Source: Acidobacteriota bacterium (lineage in GTDB: Bacteria; Acidobacteriota; UBA6911; RPQK01; JAJDTT01). Taken from it: a DNA stretch of 64,000 nucleotides. The stretch is from contig OZ253580.1 in NCBI GenBank assembly GCA_965263035.1, positions 3,936,001 to 4,000,000 of the forward strand. Reading direction: 5' to 3'. The position numbers and the translations under genes were made by a program. How positions within the stretch are numbered: the first letter of the stretch is position 1; each line of letters starts with the position of its first letter. Below are positions 40,970-51,057 of the stretch, piece after piece. The notes under the pieces were generated by a model, which was given only the letters and a program-made list of their open reading frames with translations, was not told the origin of the DNA and made no database searches.

Positions 40970-42772
40970 GTGCAGGATCTTCGGCGGCTCTTCCCTTTCA
41001 TTCGGCCCTACTCTCAGCTTCTGGTCCTGGCCTTCGTGCTGCTGGCCGTCACCAGCGCCGTGGAGACAGGAATCGTCCTCTTGCTGGGCCCCCTGTTCAA
41101 CCAATGGGCGGGGACCCCCCTAGGGCCTGCGGGCGGGTTCGTGGACAAGTTCGCGTTCCTCCGCGACCTCCTGGGCATCGGCGAGGACAATTTCACGCGG
41201 ATCGCCGTGGCCCTGGTGATCTTCTCCTTCCTGAAGGGCGTGTTCCTCTATTTCGCGGAATATTCCATGAGCTACACGGGCCAGCGCGTGGTGGCCGATC
41301 TGCGCAAGCGGCTCTACGGTCATCTCCTGGGCCAGTCCCTCTCCTTCTTCGCCCTCAACCCGACGGGGCGCCTCATGTCCCGCCTCGTTGTCGACACCGA
41401 GCGGTTGCAGCTCATGGTGAGCCGCATGCTGACCGACCTGATGCGGCAGGTCTCGCTGTTCGTCTGTTTCCTGATCCTGATGATCTACATCGATTGGCTG
41501 CTGTCCCTCTTCGCCTTTGTCGTGGCCCCGCTGGTCGTGGCGCTGGCGCTGACCTTGGGCCGCCGGGTCCGCCGGGCCGGGCAGGAGAGTCAGGAGAATC
41601 TGGAGGAGATGAGCCATCTGCTGCAGGAGACCATCGCCGGTCACCGCACGGTGAAGGCGTTCTGCATGGAGGAGTACGAAGCGGGCCGCTTCCGCGAACT
41701 CAATCGCCTTCAGGTGCGGGTCAACGTCCAGGCCGCCCGGATCGGCGCCCTGGGGTCCCCTGTGACCGAGCTTATCGGTTACGTCTCATTCGTGCCGTTC
41801 CTGTTGTACGCCCATAGTCAGATACAACAGGGCTTCAGCCTGGGAGCCTTCGTGGTCTTCATCGTGGCCTTGTTCCGGCTCTATGAACCCGTGCGCAAGC
41901 TCTCTCGAATGCACCTGCACTTCCAGCACGGTTTCGCTGCTTCCACCCGCATCTTTCAGTTGCTGGACACCCGGCAGGAAGTCGCCCGCGTTCCCGACGC
42001 GCCTCCGTTGGCGCTCCTGAGCCGGGAGATCCGGTTCGAGGACGTGACGTTCACCTATGAGGATGGAGCCACGGCGGCGCTCCAGGACATCGACCTGTCC
42101 ATTCGCCAGGGAGAGGTGGTGGCTCTGGTGGGGCCGAGCGGGGCCGGCAAGACTACCCTGGCGAGCCTGATTCCCAGGTTCCTCGACGTCAGCCGGGGGC
42201 GGGTCGCCATCGACGGGACCGACATCCGCCAAGTGGATCTGGACAGCCTGCGGGATCAGGTCGCCATGGTGACCCAGGAGGTATTCCTCTTCAACGACAC
42301 GGTCCGGGACAACATCGGCTACGGCCGGGAGAACTGCTCCCGGGAGGAGATCGAGGAGGCCGCACGAGCGGCCTTCATCCATGAGGTCGTCACGGCTCTT
42401 CCCTCCGGCTACGAGACCGACATCGGCGAGTGGGGCGAGAAGCTCTCCGGCGGGCAGAGGCAACGCCTGGCCATTGCCCGGGCCATCCTGAAACAGGCTC
42501 CGATTCTGATTCTGGACGAGGCCACGTCGGCCCTGGACAGCGAATCGGAGCGGTTGGTCCAGGAGGCCCTGGATCATCTGATGGCCAACTGCACGACCCT
42601 GGTCATCGCCCACCGGCTGTCCACCATCCAGCGGGCCGACCGGATCGTGGTGATGGACTCGGGACGGATCGTGGAGCAAGGCGACCACCGGACGCTGCTG
42701 GAGCGATCCGGCCTCTACCGCCGCCTCTACCAGCTTCAGTTCTCGGCGCCCGGGTCGGGCAACGGAGGGTAG
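40970..42772 (+). CDS. MsbA-like ABC exporter (TMD plus NBD)
   Basis: Six-TM domain, GPSGAGKT, LSGGQRQR, LDEATSALD and IAHRLST. Confidence 0.92.
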   Translation: MQDLRRLFPFIRPYSQLLVLAFVLLAVTSAVETGIVLLLGPLFNQWAGTPLGPAGGFVDKFAFLRDLLGIGEDNFTRIAVALVIFSFLKGVFLYFAEYSMSYTGQRVVADLRKRLYGHLLGQSLSFFALNPTGRLMSRLVVDTERLQLMVSRMLTDLMRQVSLFVCFLILMIYIDWLLSLFAFVVAPLVVALALTLGRRVRRAGQESQENLEEMSHLLQETIAGHRTVKAFCMEEYEAGRFRELNRLQVRVNVQAARIGALGSPVTELIGYVSFVPFLLYAHSQIQQGFSLGAFVVFIVALFRLYEPVRKLSRMHLHFQHGFAASTRIFQLLDTRQEVARVPDAPPLALLSREIRFEDVTFTYEDGATAALQDIDLSIRQGEVVALVGPSGAGKTTLASLIPRFLDVSRGRVAIDGTDIRQVDLDSLRDQVAMVTQEVFLFNDTVRDNIGYGRENCSREEIEEAARAAFIHEVVTALPSGYETDIGEWGEKLSGGQRQRLAIARAILKQAPILILDEATSALDSESERLVQEALDHLMANCTTLVIAHRLSTIQRADRIVVMDSGRIVEQGDHRTLLERSGLYRRLYQLQFSAPGSGNGG

Positions 42773-42796
42773 CTCCCGTCGGTAGCACCGGACCCG

Positions 42797-43627
42797 TCAG
42801 CCCTCGTCGGGCCCGGACAGGGCATCCAACAGCGCGTCGCTCATGCCGACGGAGCTGAACCCGCCGTCGTGGTAGAGGTTCTGCATCGTGACCTTTCGAG
42901 TCAGGTCCGAAACCAGCGCCACCACGAAATCGGCGCAGTCCTCGGCCTGGGCGTTGCCCAGGGGGGACATCCTGTCCGCCGCCTCGTAAAGGCGGTCGAA
43001 TCCCTTGATCCCGCTCCCGGCGGTGGTGCGGGTCGGACTCTGGGACACGGTGTTGATCCGGATCCCCCGCCGGCCCAGCCGATAGCCGAAGCTTCGGGCC
43101 ACGCTCTCCAGCAGGGCCTTGGCGTCCCCCATGTCGGAATAACGGGAAAAGATCCGTTGCGCTCCGATGTAGGTCAGGGCCACGATGCTGCCGCCGTCGT
43201 TGAGGCTGTCGGACTTGAGCGCTTCGACCACGATCCGGTGCAGGGAGAGGGCCGAGACGTCGAGCGTCTTGTGGAACCAGTCGTAGTTGAGGTCGTCGTA
43301 GGAACGCTGCTTGCGGACGTTGGGAGACATGCCGATGGAATGGACGATGAAATCGACCTTTCCCAGCGTGGATTTCAACTCCTGGAAGGCCTTCTCCAGG
43401 TCCTGCGAGGAAGAGGCGTCGCAGACGATGAGAGGCGCGTCCCCGCAGATCTCGGCCAATTGCCGGATGGGGCCGAAGCGGAACGCCATCTTGGTGTTGG
43501 AAAGGGCCAATCGGGCTCCCTCCCGGTGGCAGGCGAGGCTGATCTGCCAGGCCAGGCTCTGTTCGTTCAGGGGACCGAAGATGATTCCCCGTTTTTCCCG
43601 CAGCAGGTGATGACTCTCTTGTGACAT
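42797..43627 (-). CDS. fabI: Enoyl-ACP reductase (FabI-type)
   Basis: GIIFGPLNEQSLAW, HSIGMS, LTYIGA, YSDMGDAK, QSPT.T.AG and QNLYHDGG. Confidence 0.85.
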   Translation of the reverse strand: MSQESHHLLREKRGIIFGPLNEQSLAWQISLACHREGARLALSNTKMAFRFGPIRQLAEICGDAPLIVCDASSSQDLEKAFQELKSTLGKVDFIVHSIGMSPNVRKQRSYDDLNYDWFHKTLDVSALSLHRIVVEALKSDSLNDGGSIVALTYIGAQRIFSRYSDMGDAKALLESVARSFGYRLGRRGIRINTVSQSPTRTTAGSGIKGFDRLYEAADRMSPLGNAQAEDCADFVVALVSDLTRKVTMQNLYHDGGFSSVGMSDALLDALSGPDEG

Positions 43628-43641
43628 GAGCGATTCCTTCG

Positions 43642-44373
43642 TTAGTTGACGGGAACGGTATCTCCCAGCGTGACCCGGTCCAGATCGATCCTGCAGCGCC
43701 TCGCCACTATCTGCACGCCTTGAGCCCGGGCCTCGTCCAGGGCGGCGGCGAAATCGGGGTCCAATTCCCGGGCCGCCCGGAAGCGGCGGACGTCCTCTCG
43801 TTGGATCACGAAGAGGATGGCGGCGCTCCAGCCGTCCAGTTGGGCCAGTTGGGCCAGTTCCCGGGCATGGCGGGCTCCCCGTGCGGTGACGGCGTCGGGA
43901 AAGAGCCCCACTCCGTCTTCCACCAGGGTGACGCTCTTCACCTCCAGGGCCAGCCGCCGCCCGTCGTCCCGGCCCAGGAGAAAATCGATCCGGGAGCGCC
44001 CCAGGGTCGCTTCCGCCCGTAGGAGTTCCCAATCCCCGAATTCCTCCAGTGCCGACTGCGCCAGAGCCTGGCCGATGAGGCGATTGGGGATCCGGGTGTC
44101 GACCGAAACCAGTCCGCGACGGTCGGGGCTCTCCACCAGGAGAGCAGTCCAGCGGGTCTTTCTCTTCGGGCCCGAAGCCGGCAGCAACCAGATCCGAACC
44201 CCGGGAATGAGGAGTTCCCGGAGGCGGCCCGGATCAGCCAGATGGGCGTCCACCGGTTCCGCCTTCCCGCGCGGCCGGCACCTCACCAGAAAACGGTTGG
44301 GGCGCTCCACGAAGACCGCCTCCTGGAGTTCGCCCGGAATCGGGATCCAGGTTCTCGTTCGTTCTTCCAGCAT
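43642..44373 (-). CDS. sfsA: DNA/RNA nuclease SfsA
   Basis: RPNRF, HLADPGRL.EL, SRIDF, EVKSVTL and FPDAVTARG.RH. Confidence 0.93.
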   Translation of the reverse strand: MLEERTRTWIPIPGELQEAVFVERPNRFLVRCRPRGKAEPVDAHLADPGRLRELLIPGVRIWLLPASGPKRKTRWTALLVESPDRRGLVSVDTRIPNRLIGQALAQSALEEFGDWELLRAEATLGRSRIDFLLGRDDGRRLALEVKSVTLVEDGVGLFPDAVTARGARHARELAQLAQLDGWSAAILFVIQREDVRRFRAARELDPDFAAALDEARAQGVQIVARRCRIDLDRVTLGDTVPVN

Positions 44374-44430
44374 TCCTGGCCGCCCAGTCTACTACGCAGC
44401 GATCATCCAGCAGTAGCCGCCGTTCGGGAT

Positions 44431-44548
44431 GGGAGCGGGGGTTTTTAACCCCCGATTCTTGGGATCGTGAGGGACAAGACTGTCTCCCTTGCTGCGTGGG
44501 GGACAACATGTCCCCCCTCCCATGTGGGGGACAAGACTGTCCCCCCTT
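44431..44548. repeat. Cluster of four GGAG-type REP-like palindromes
   Basis: GGAGCGGGGGTTTTTAACCCCCG followed by three GGGACAAgAcTGTCcCCCT units. Confidence 0.7.
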
Positions 44549-44617
44549 CTACTCGACTCTCAGGGAAATGGGGAAAGTCCAGGGGCCATGTTAGAGTGAC
44601 TTCCAGAGGAGGCCGCT

Positions 44618-45616
44618 TTGGAATCTTTACGAATCGCCCTGGCCGGTTACGGCGAATGGACCCGGGAAGCCCTGATCCCGTCGCTGGAGCGGGACGGCCG
44701 GGCGAGGATCGTGGCCGCGGCGGCGCGCACCCCGGCGACTCGCGAGCGCATCCGGTCGGAGCTGGGCTCCCAGGTCGCGCTCCATTCCGACTTCGCCGAT
44801 CTCTTTGACGAGGCAGTGGACGCTCTCATCCTGGCTCTTCCCTCGTCCCTGCACGCGGAAGGCCTGCTGGCCGCCATCGAATCGGGGCTCCCCTTCTTCC
44901 ATGAGCCTCCCGTGGCCAACCACCGGGACCGGGTTCGTCCCGTCCTGCGGCGTCTCCTGGCCACCGAGCAGGTGACACACGCCGACATGGAACTGCGATT
45001 CATTCCGGTCATCATCCGCGCGGCCCAACGGGTCGCGGAGGGCGCCATCGGCGAGCCCCGCACCGCGATGATCCGGATGAGGGGTTCCTGGAGTCCCGAT
45101 CCCACGTCGGGCATCAGTCTCATGCACTCCCTCTCGCCCTGGTACATTGACGCCCTGGACCAGGTCCTGGGAGCCTCCCCCAAGCGCGTGCTGGTGCAGG
45201 AAGGACGGGGGTATCCGGGACGGATGCAATCTTACGCTCTGACTCAACTGGACTACGGCGGAGTCTGGGGCAGCTTCGACGCCAACATCTCGGCGGTCCC
45301 GGGTATGACCACCACACTCGAGGTCACGGGCACGGAAGGCGACCTGCAAACGGACCTCTTCACCGCCGAAATCCGGCTGCGGACCCTGACCCGGCCGGAG
45401 CCGGAGATCGAACGGGTCCCGGCCCTGGAGCCCTATGCCGGATGGCCCGGGATGTGTGAATGCGTCGCGGCCTTCCTGGATGCCGTTTCCGGACTGGGTC
45501 CCGAGCGTGCCGGAGCCCGGGCCGTTGCCCGCAGCCATCTGGCGGGACTGGCCGGCGAGCGCTCCATCGACACCGGGACCTGGGCCGAAGTCGAGGGGCT
45601 GGAGGATCTGGAATGA
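44618..45616 (+). CDS. Gfo/Idh/MocA-family oxidoreductase
   Basis: RIALAGYG Rossmann fold, LP..LH, HEPPV (EKP variant). GGAGG RBS before TTG. Confidence 0.82.
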   Translation: MESLRIALAGYGEWTREALIPSLERDGRARIVAAAARTPATRERIRSELGSQVALHSDFADLFDEAVDALILALPSSLHAEGLLAAIESGLPFFHEPPVANHRDRVRPVLRRLLATEQVTHADMELRFIPVIIRAAQRVAEGAIGEPRTAMIRMRGSWSPDPTSGISLMHSLSPWYIDALDQVLGASPKRVLVQEGRGYPGRMQSYALTQLDYGGVWGSFDANISAVPGMTTTLEVTGTEGDLQTDLFTAEIRLRTLTRPEPEIERVPALEPYAGWPGMCECVAAFLDAVSGLGPERAGARAVARSHLAGLAGERSIDTGTWAEVEGLEDLE

Positions 45617-46143
45617 GCCTCTGGCGGCTTCTGGGCCTGGAGAAGTTGGAACCGCGCGAGGAGTCCGCCGAAGAGGGACATATCGTCCGCGAGATCGCCG
45701 CCAAGCTGGATCAGCTGGAGGACGCGGAAGCCCGATACATCGCCTGCTTCTCCTACATTCTGAGCCGTGTGGCCCACGCCGATATGGAGATCAGTCTGGA
45801 GGAAGTCGCCCAGATGGAGAAGATCGTCCAGGAGCAGGGGGGCCTGCCTGAGTCGCAATCGGTTTTGGTGGTTCAGATGGCCAAGACCCACAATCGCCTG
45901 TTCGGCGCCACCGACAACTACCTGGTGACCCGCGAGTTCAATCGCATGGCCACCCGCAGGCAGAAGCTGGATCTGATGGGTTGCCTCTTCGCCGTGTCGG
46001 CTTCGCACGAAGGGATCTCCGCGGCCGAGGATGCCGAGATGCGCCAGATCACGCGCGAACTGCAACTCTCCCACCGGGACTTCATCGCCCTCCGTTCCCG
46101 CTTCCGGGATCACCTGAACGTCCTCAAGAGATTCGAGGAGTAG
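45613..46143 (+). CDS. TerB-family protein
   Basis: RVAHADMEISLEE and AVSAS..GISAAE repeats. ATGA overlap with the upstream gene. Confidence 0.82.
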   Translation: MSLWRLLGLEKLEPREESAEEGHIVREIAAKLDQLEDAEARYIACFSYILSRVAHADMEISLEEVAQMEKIVQEQGGLPESQSVLVVQMAKTHNRLFGATDNYLVTREFNRMATRRQKLDLMGCLFAVSASHEGISAAEDAEMRQITRELQLSHRDFIALRSRFRDHLNVLKRFEE

Positions 46144-46252
46144 GGAACTGCGCCGCCCGGAAGCGGCTCGGAGGGGCGACACTCTTGTCGCCTGCTCTTC
46201 TTTGCTGCTATGCGATTCGGTGGCCGGAAAGTGTAGAGTGGGGACTCCGTCC

Positions 46253-47611
46253 CATAAGCGCTAACCTGATTGCCTGACCGCTATCTTGTATAGTGAGAGC
46301 ATGAGCGGAACGGTAGTAAATGCGGCTGCGAATGAGGACTGGGACTTGCTGGTGTCATTTTTCCCAGCCAATTGGCTGGATCTGGCGGCCTCGACCGGAG
46401 CCCTGAAGGGACTGCGCAAGGACAAGTCGCCGGAAAACCTGCTGCGTACCCTGCTGATCCATCTCGGCTGCGGGCATTCCTTGCGCGAAACCGTGGTGCG
46501 GGCTCGGCAAGCGAGCCTGGCCGATTTGTCCGACGTGGCCCTGCTCAAGCGGCTGAGGAAATCCCGCGACTGGCTCTACGCCCTCTGCGTGGAACTGTTC
46601 CGGGAGCATGGCATCGCGGTGTCGAAGAGCGCCGGCTTCCAAGTGCGGGCGTTCGATGCGACGACCGTGCGCGAGCCCGGCCGGACCGGGTCGGTGTGGC
46701 GCCTTCACTACAGCGTCAACCTGCCTTCGCTCGGCTGTGATTTCTTCAAGCTGACCGCGACGCAGGGGCGCGGCACTAGCGAGTCGTTCAGGCAGTTCCC
46801 GATCCGGCCGGGCGACTACGTGCTGGCCGACCGCGGCTACTCGACTGCGGTCGGGATTCAGCACGTCGCGGCTGGCGGAGGGTCCGTGACGGTGCGCGTG
46901 AACACCGGATCGCTGCTGCTGGAAACCGAGGCCGGCCAAGCGTTCGACCTGCTCGCAGCCGTGGAAACGCTGCTGCGACCGGGGCCGGTCGGCAGTTGGA
47001 GGGTCCGCACAGTGGCCCGGTCCGGGCCACCCGTGGCGGGCCGGATCTGCGCGGTGCGCAAGACCGGCGAAGCCATCGAAGTCGCGCATGCCAAGATCCG
47101 TCGGACGGCTCAGCGCAAGGGCAAGCAGGTCCAGCCCGAAACCCTGCGGTTCGCGCGCTTCGTCATCGTTTTCACAACCTACCCAGCGGAGAAATTCCCA
47201 GCGGCCGAAGTGCTGGAGTGGTACCGCCTGCGCTGGCAAGTCGAACTGGTCTTCAAGCGCTTCAAGTCCCTGGCCCAGCTCGGGCACCTGCCGAAGCACG
47301 ATGAGGCAAGCGCCCAAGCCTGGTTGTACGGCAAGCTGCTGGTGGCGCTGCTGGTCGAAAAGGTGGTCCGCCATGCGCGGACCATTTCCCCCTGGGGATA
47401 CGACGTCGCGACCGGACAGGACTCCCAGCCCGTGGCGTGACTTCAAATTCGCATTGAACCAAGTCACGCGAGCCATCGAACCGGCGTATTCCCTGAGACG
47501 CATGTTCGCCGAATGGCGCGAAATCTCAGCATCCTTGGCAGAACCTCCCCGGAGAAGGTCCAATCACGTTGATAGCCACTTTCCAGCCCATTAATTAGGT
47601 TAGCGCTTATG
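46253..47611 (+). mobile_element. IS4-family insertion sequence
   Basis: TIR CATAAGCGCTAACCTGATT / AATTAGGTTAGCGCTTATG. 11-bp TSD GGACTCCGTCC at 46242-46252 and 47612-47622. Confidence 0.93.
46301..47440 (+). CDS. IS4-family transposase
   Basis: DATT, ADRGY and the YREK motif YRLRWQVELVFKRFK. Confidence 0.92.
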   Translation: MSGTVVNAAANEDWDLLVSFFPANWLDLAASTGALKGLRKDKSPENLLRTLLIHLGCGHSLRETVVRARQASLADLSDVALLKRLRKSRDWLYALCVELFREHGIAVSKSAGFQVRAFDATTVREPGRTGSVWRLHYSVNLPSLGCDFFKLTATQGRGTSESFRQFPIRPGDYVLADRGYSTAVGIQHVAAGGGSVTVRVNTGSLLLETEAGQAFDLLAAVETLLRPGPVGSWRVRTVARSGPPVAGRICAVRKTGEAIEVAHAKIRRTAQRKGKQVQPETLRFARFVIVFTTYPAEKFPAAEVLEWYRLRWQVELVFKRFKSLAQLGHLPKHDEASAQAWLYGKLLVALLVEKVVRHARTISPWGYDVATGQDSQPVA

Positions 47612-47666
47612 GGACTCCGTCCCCCCTTGACCCCCCTGTCGGCGACAAGAAAGTGGCCGCTCCCCT

Positions 47667-49445
47667 CTAAAGTAGTCCCAGCCGCCTGGCGGTGCTACGG
47701 ATCCGCTCCATTCGATCCTCTACGGGCACGATCTTCGTACCGTCCGGATTCGGCCTGGAGAGGTGGGCGTACTCGTAGACGTCGAAGCCGGCGAATCGCG
47801 GGTCGTGGCAGATCTGATCCAGGTCGGAGACGTACTCCTGCATGGAGTTGGTCCGCTTCAGGTAGCGGTTCAGGTAGACGGGGATTCTTTTGCGGTTGCA
47901 CAGCGCCAGGGCTTCCTCCACCACCGGATCGTCCAGGGCATTGCGGAGCAGCCCCCGATCCGCCTCGGGAGCCTCGAACCAGGTGGTCCGGAGCGTGATG
48001 CCGTCGGCCAGCCCCTCCAGGAGCCAGGTCCGCCAATCGAATTCCAGGTTGGCGGGAAAACCCATGAGCTGGCCGTGGCACGGGTCGGGCCCGAAGGCCT
48101 CGGCGTGGACGTGGACCTGGAACTTCTTTCCGGCGCTCCGGATTCGCCGGCTGGCCTCGCGGATGAATCGGGTGTAGTGGCGGCCCCGGAGACGGGCGAG
48201 TCGTGCGAGATCCCCATCCGTACTCCCGATTTCGGTCCCGTACCTCTCCCGGTACTCCTCCAGAAGCGGAGCGTTGAAGCCATACTCGAGGGGTTCGTCC
48301 GTCAGGGATCCGTGGGCGGAGACGCGAACGTCCACTCCGTCCACGCCGGCGTCCAGGAGCCGGTCCACCCAGCCCATCCAGAGCTTCTCCACCTCGGGGT
48401 AGAGGGCGCAGGGAGTGCAGGCCAGCGTGTCATTTCGTCCCCGGGCGAAGGCGATGCAGCCTCCCCAGTTCCATTTCGACTTCTTGACGATGCCGAACAT
48501 GGTGCCTTCGGTGGAGGCATTGTCGGTGTCCAACAGGACCGGGAACGGTCCTATCCCCGAGTCGAATTCCAGTCCCCCTGTCCGGAAGTCCCGGGGGCGG
48601 ATCCACATGGCGCTTCGGGTCGCGATGACGATGGGCAGCGGGTCCGGACCGGGACCGTAGGCTTCGATCATGGCCGCGGGAGCGTTGCCGAAGTCTCCCT
48701 CCTCGTCCTCGAAGTCGGTGGTGACGAGGATGAAGCGGTCGGTCAGATCGAGGCCCTCCAGCGTCAGGGTCCGCACGGGTGCGCCGGAAGCGGTCAACAG
48801 GTCGCCGAAGAACTCCCGGACCTCCCGGGGAGAGGGCTCCACCCGGTCCGTCAGGGAGAAGTCCACCGGCTGTCTCCGATAGCGGTAGTTGTCGGGGCTG
48901 GTCCAGATCTGGAGACGCTCCTTGCGGATGCGGGTGGGCGAATCATCCGACTTGAGGAGCCGAATCTTCCGGATCGGAAGGTTCTCGAGGTCCGGCGGAG
49001 CGTCCCAGGGCCGGCGTCCGACCCGGGTGTGGGGGAACCGCTCCACGAACGGAAACACCTGTTGGAGGCAACCCCCGATTCGATGGACGCGGCTGTGGTT
49101 TCCCTCCGGGGAACCCTGGGGATACGTGCCCGCCATCCCCGTATTGAAGGGCTTCAGGACCGCGTAGACCTCCAGCCCGTGACGGTGGGCGATGGGAGTC
49201 ACCGCCTTCAGAGGCTCCCCGATTCGATCCAGGGTGGCCGCACCATACTTCATGTAGTCGAAGGCATTGCCGGCCCAATACGATTCGGTCTCCACGTCGC
49301 CGTAGTAGAGCCAGTAGATTCTGCGGACTCCCAGACTCTTGATCTGGGTGACCATTTCCTCCAGCAGCTCCAGGCTGTACGGCCCGTAGCGGACGTCGTC
49401 CGGGAAGTCGACGGTGGCCGAGAGCAGAAATGGGCGGGTGCTCAA
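47667..49445 (-). CDS. Hypothetical protein, possible glycoside-hydrolase-like TIM barrel
   Basis: Long GC3-biased ORF with GVRRIYW, AHRHGLEVYA, GVDGVD and YGFN..L.EY. Start uncertain (TTG 49445 or ATG 49493). Confidence 0.6.
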   Translation of the reverse strand: MSTRPFLLSATVDFPDDVRYGPYSLELLEEMVTQIKSLGVRRIYWLYYGDVETESYWAGNAFDYMKYGAATLDRIGEPLKAVTPIAHRHGLEVYAVLKPFNTGMAGTYPQGSPEGNHSRVHRIGGCLQQVFPFVERFPHTRVGRRPWDAPPDLENLPIRKIRLLKSDDSPTRIRKERLQIWTSPDNYRYRRQPVDFSLTDRVEPSPREVREFFGDLLTASGAPVRTLTLEGLDLTDRFILVTTDFEDEEGDFGNAPAAMIEAYGPGPDPLPIVIATRSAMWIRPRDFRTGGLEFDSGIGPFPVLLDTDNASTEGTMFGIVKKSKWNWGGCIAFARGRNDTLACTPCALYPEVEKLWMGWVDRLLDAGVDGVDVRVSAHGSLTDEPLEYGFNAPLLEEYRERYGTEIGSTDGDLARLARLRGRHYTRFIREASRRIRSAGKKFQVHVHAEAFGPDPCHGQLMGFPANLEFDWRTWLLEGLADGITLRTTWFEAPEADRGLLRNALDDPVVEEALALCNRKRIPVYLNRYLKRTNSMQEYVSDLDQICHDPRFAGFDVYEYAHLSRPNPDGTKIVPVEDRMERIRSTARRLGLL

Positions 49446-49467
49446 GCGGCGGGCTCCGAGGAGAGGC

Positions 49468-50241
49468 TCATACTGTCGCCATCCAGCCTCCATCCACCAC
49501 CAGCGCGGAACCAGTGACCCAGGAGGCGTCGTCGGAGGTCAGGAAGACACAGGCCCGGGCGATGTCTCGGGGCGTGCCGAAACGGGGCAGGAGCGTGCGC
49601 TGGCGCCCCTCCTCGATCTGTTCCGGTGTCAGGTAGTCCTGGTTCGCGGTCTCGATGAATCCGGGGCAGACCGCGTTGACGGTAATGCCCAGAGGTCCCA
49701 GCTCCACGGCCGTGTCGCGGGCCAGATTCACCACCGCGGCCTTGGTCGGGGCATAGACCGGTCCCGCCCCTCCGCCCCGGTAATTCACCGAAGCGATATG
49801 GATGATGCGGCCGTGGGGAGAGCGCTTCAGGTGGGGAACCGCCGCCTTGGTGGTCAGGAAGAGGGCCCGAAGATTGATCGACATGACCCGGTCCCAGTCG
49901 GAAACGGCCAGCGTCTGGGAGGTTCCCGGGATGTGGACGCCGGCATTGTTGACCAGGATGTCCAACGCCCCGAATTCCTGGACCGTCCGGTCTACGAGCT
50001 GTTGGACGAAGTCCTCGCAGGCGATGTCCCCCTGGAGGAAGATCCCCCGGCCGCCGGCGTCTTGGATCTCCTCCACGGTGGGCTTGCGGGGCTCGGTCTC
50101 GTAGTAGCGGCCGACCTTGGGCGTGTTCCGGATGTCGGCGACCGCCACGGCGGCCCCCTCCCGGGCCAGTTCCAGGCAGATCCCTCGGCCGATTCCCGAA
50201 CTCCCTCCGGTCACGATGGCCACTCTGTTCTTCAATCGCAT
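49468..50241 (-). CDS. SDR-family oxidoreductase
   Basis: TGGSSGIG, NNAG, YAPTK and VDGG. Confidence 0.93.
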   Translation of the reverse strand: MRLKNRVAIVTGGSSGIGRGICLELAREGAAVAVADIRNTPKVGRYYETEPRKPTVEEIQDAGGRGIFLQGDIACEDFVQQLVDRTVQEFGALDILVNNAGVHIPGTSQTLAVSDWDRVMSINLRALFLTTKAAVPHLKRSPHGRIIHIASVNYRGGGAGPVYAPTKAAVVNLARDTAVELGPLGITVNAVCPGFIETANQDYLTPEQIEEGRQRTLLPRFGTPRDIARACVFLTSDDASWVTGSALVVDGGWMATV

Positions 50242-50340
50242 AGAACGTTACCTTGGGAATTGACCGCGAAGTGGGGGAATGATACCAGACTCCCCGGCGG
50301 GACCGTTCCGGTCCATGCCCGTTGCCGTAGGCGGATCCGA

Positions 50341-51057
50341 ATGCTTGGGAGCGCGTTCAAGGCCGAGTATCTGGACTTCGGGAAGGGCATCCGGGTGGGG
50401 CACCTGGAACCCCGTGCCCGCATCACCCAGATCCTCAAGCTGTCCCTGCAGGAGCTCTACGGGCAGGATTTCATCATCGATCGCTGGGGCCGCGGCGTCT
50501 ACTGGCAGTGGATCTGTTTCGTACCGCGGGCCAATCGCCGGGCCAAGCCCCTCTCGGGCGGCCGCAGCTACTCCAGCGCCAAGTTCTTCATCATGGTCGA
50601 CCGGGAGGAGGGACTATTCAAGTCCGGTCTCCATGTGGAGCGAGGGTTGATCCAGCCGCCGGACGCACAAGAGGCCTACCGGCTCCGCCCGGACTGGGAC
50701 TGGCATCGGCTCGCGCAGGGTTTGGAGCCGACCGGATGGTGGGAACGGGAGGTCCGCCGGTTGATCGAAGAGGACGGGTTCCAACTGACGCTGGGGTCGT
50801 TCAGAACCGGTCTCCGATCCTTCTCCCGACGTCTGCCTCCGGCATCGGACCTTCGCGAAATCATTGCGGACGCGCCGCCGGACAAGTGGTTCGTATTCCA
50901 GCTGCACTATCCCATGACGCCGGAAGAGGTCGAGGGCTCGGCGGGACCCGACCTGGTGGCCGGCATGTTGGCCGTCTTCCGGGAACTGACACCGGTGATG
51001 AACCTCTGCCTGGAGGAATCCGCAGCGCTGCAGGTGGCGCCCGGACCCGCTACTTGA
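50341..51057 (+). CDS. Hypothetical protein
   Basis: Coding-like ORF rich in aromatic motifs (DRWGRGVYWQWI, VERG, DWDWHRL). No family recognised. Confidence 0.65.
   Translation: MLGSAFKAEYLDFGKGIRVGHLEPRARITQILKLSLQELYGQDFIIDRWGRGVYWQWICFVPRANRRAKPLSGGRSYSSAKFFIMVDREEGLFKSGLHVERGLIQPPDAQEAYRLRPDWDWHRLAQGLEPTGWWEREVRRLIEEDGFQLTLGSFRTGLRSFSRRLPPASDLREIIADAPPDKWFVFQLHYPMTPEEVEGSAGPDLVAGMLAVFRELTPVMNLCLEESAALQVAPGPAT

Noticed and set aside
44467-44548. Three spaced GGGACAA...TGTCCCCC units as a mini CRISPR array
   Set aside because: Spacers are only a few bases long, and the units belong to the dispersed REP-like family.
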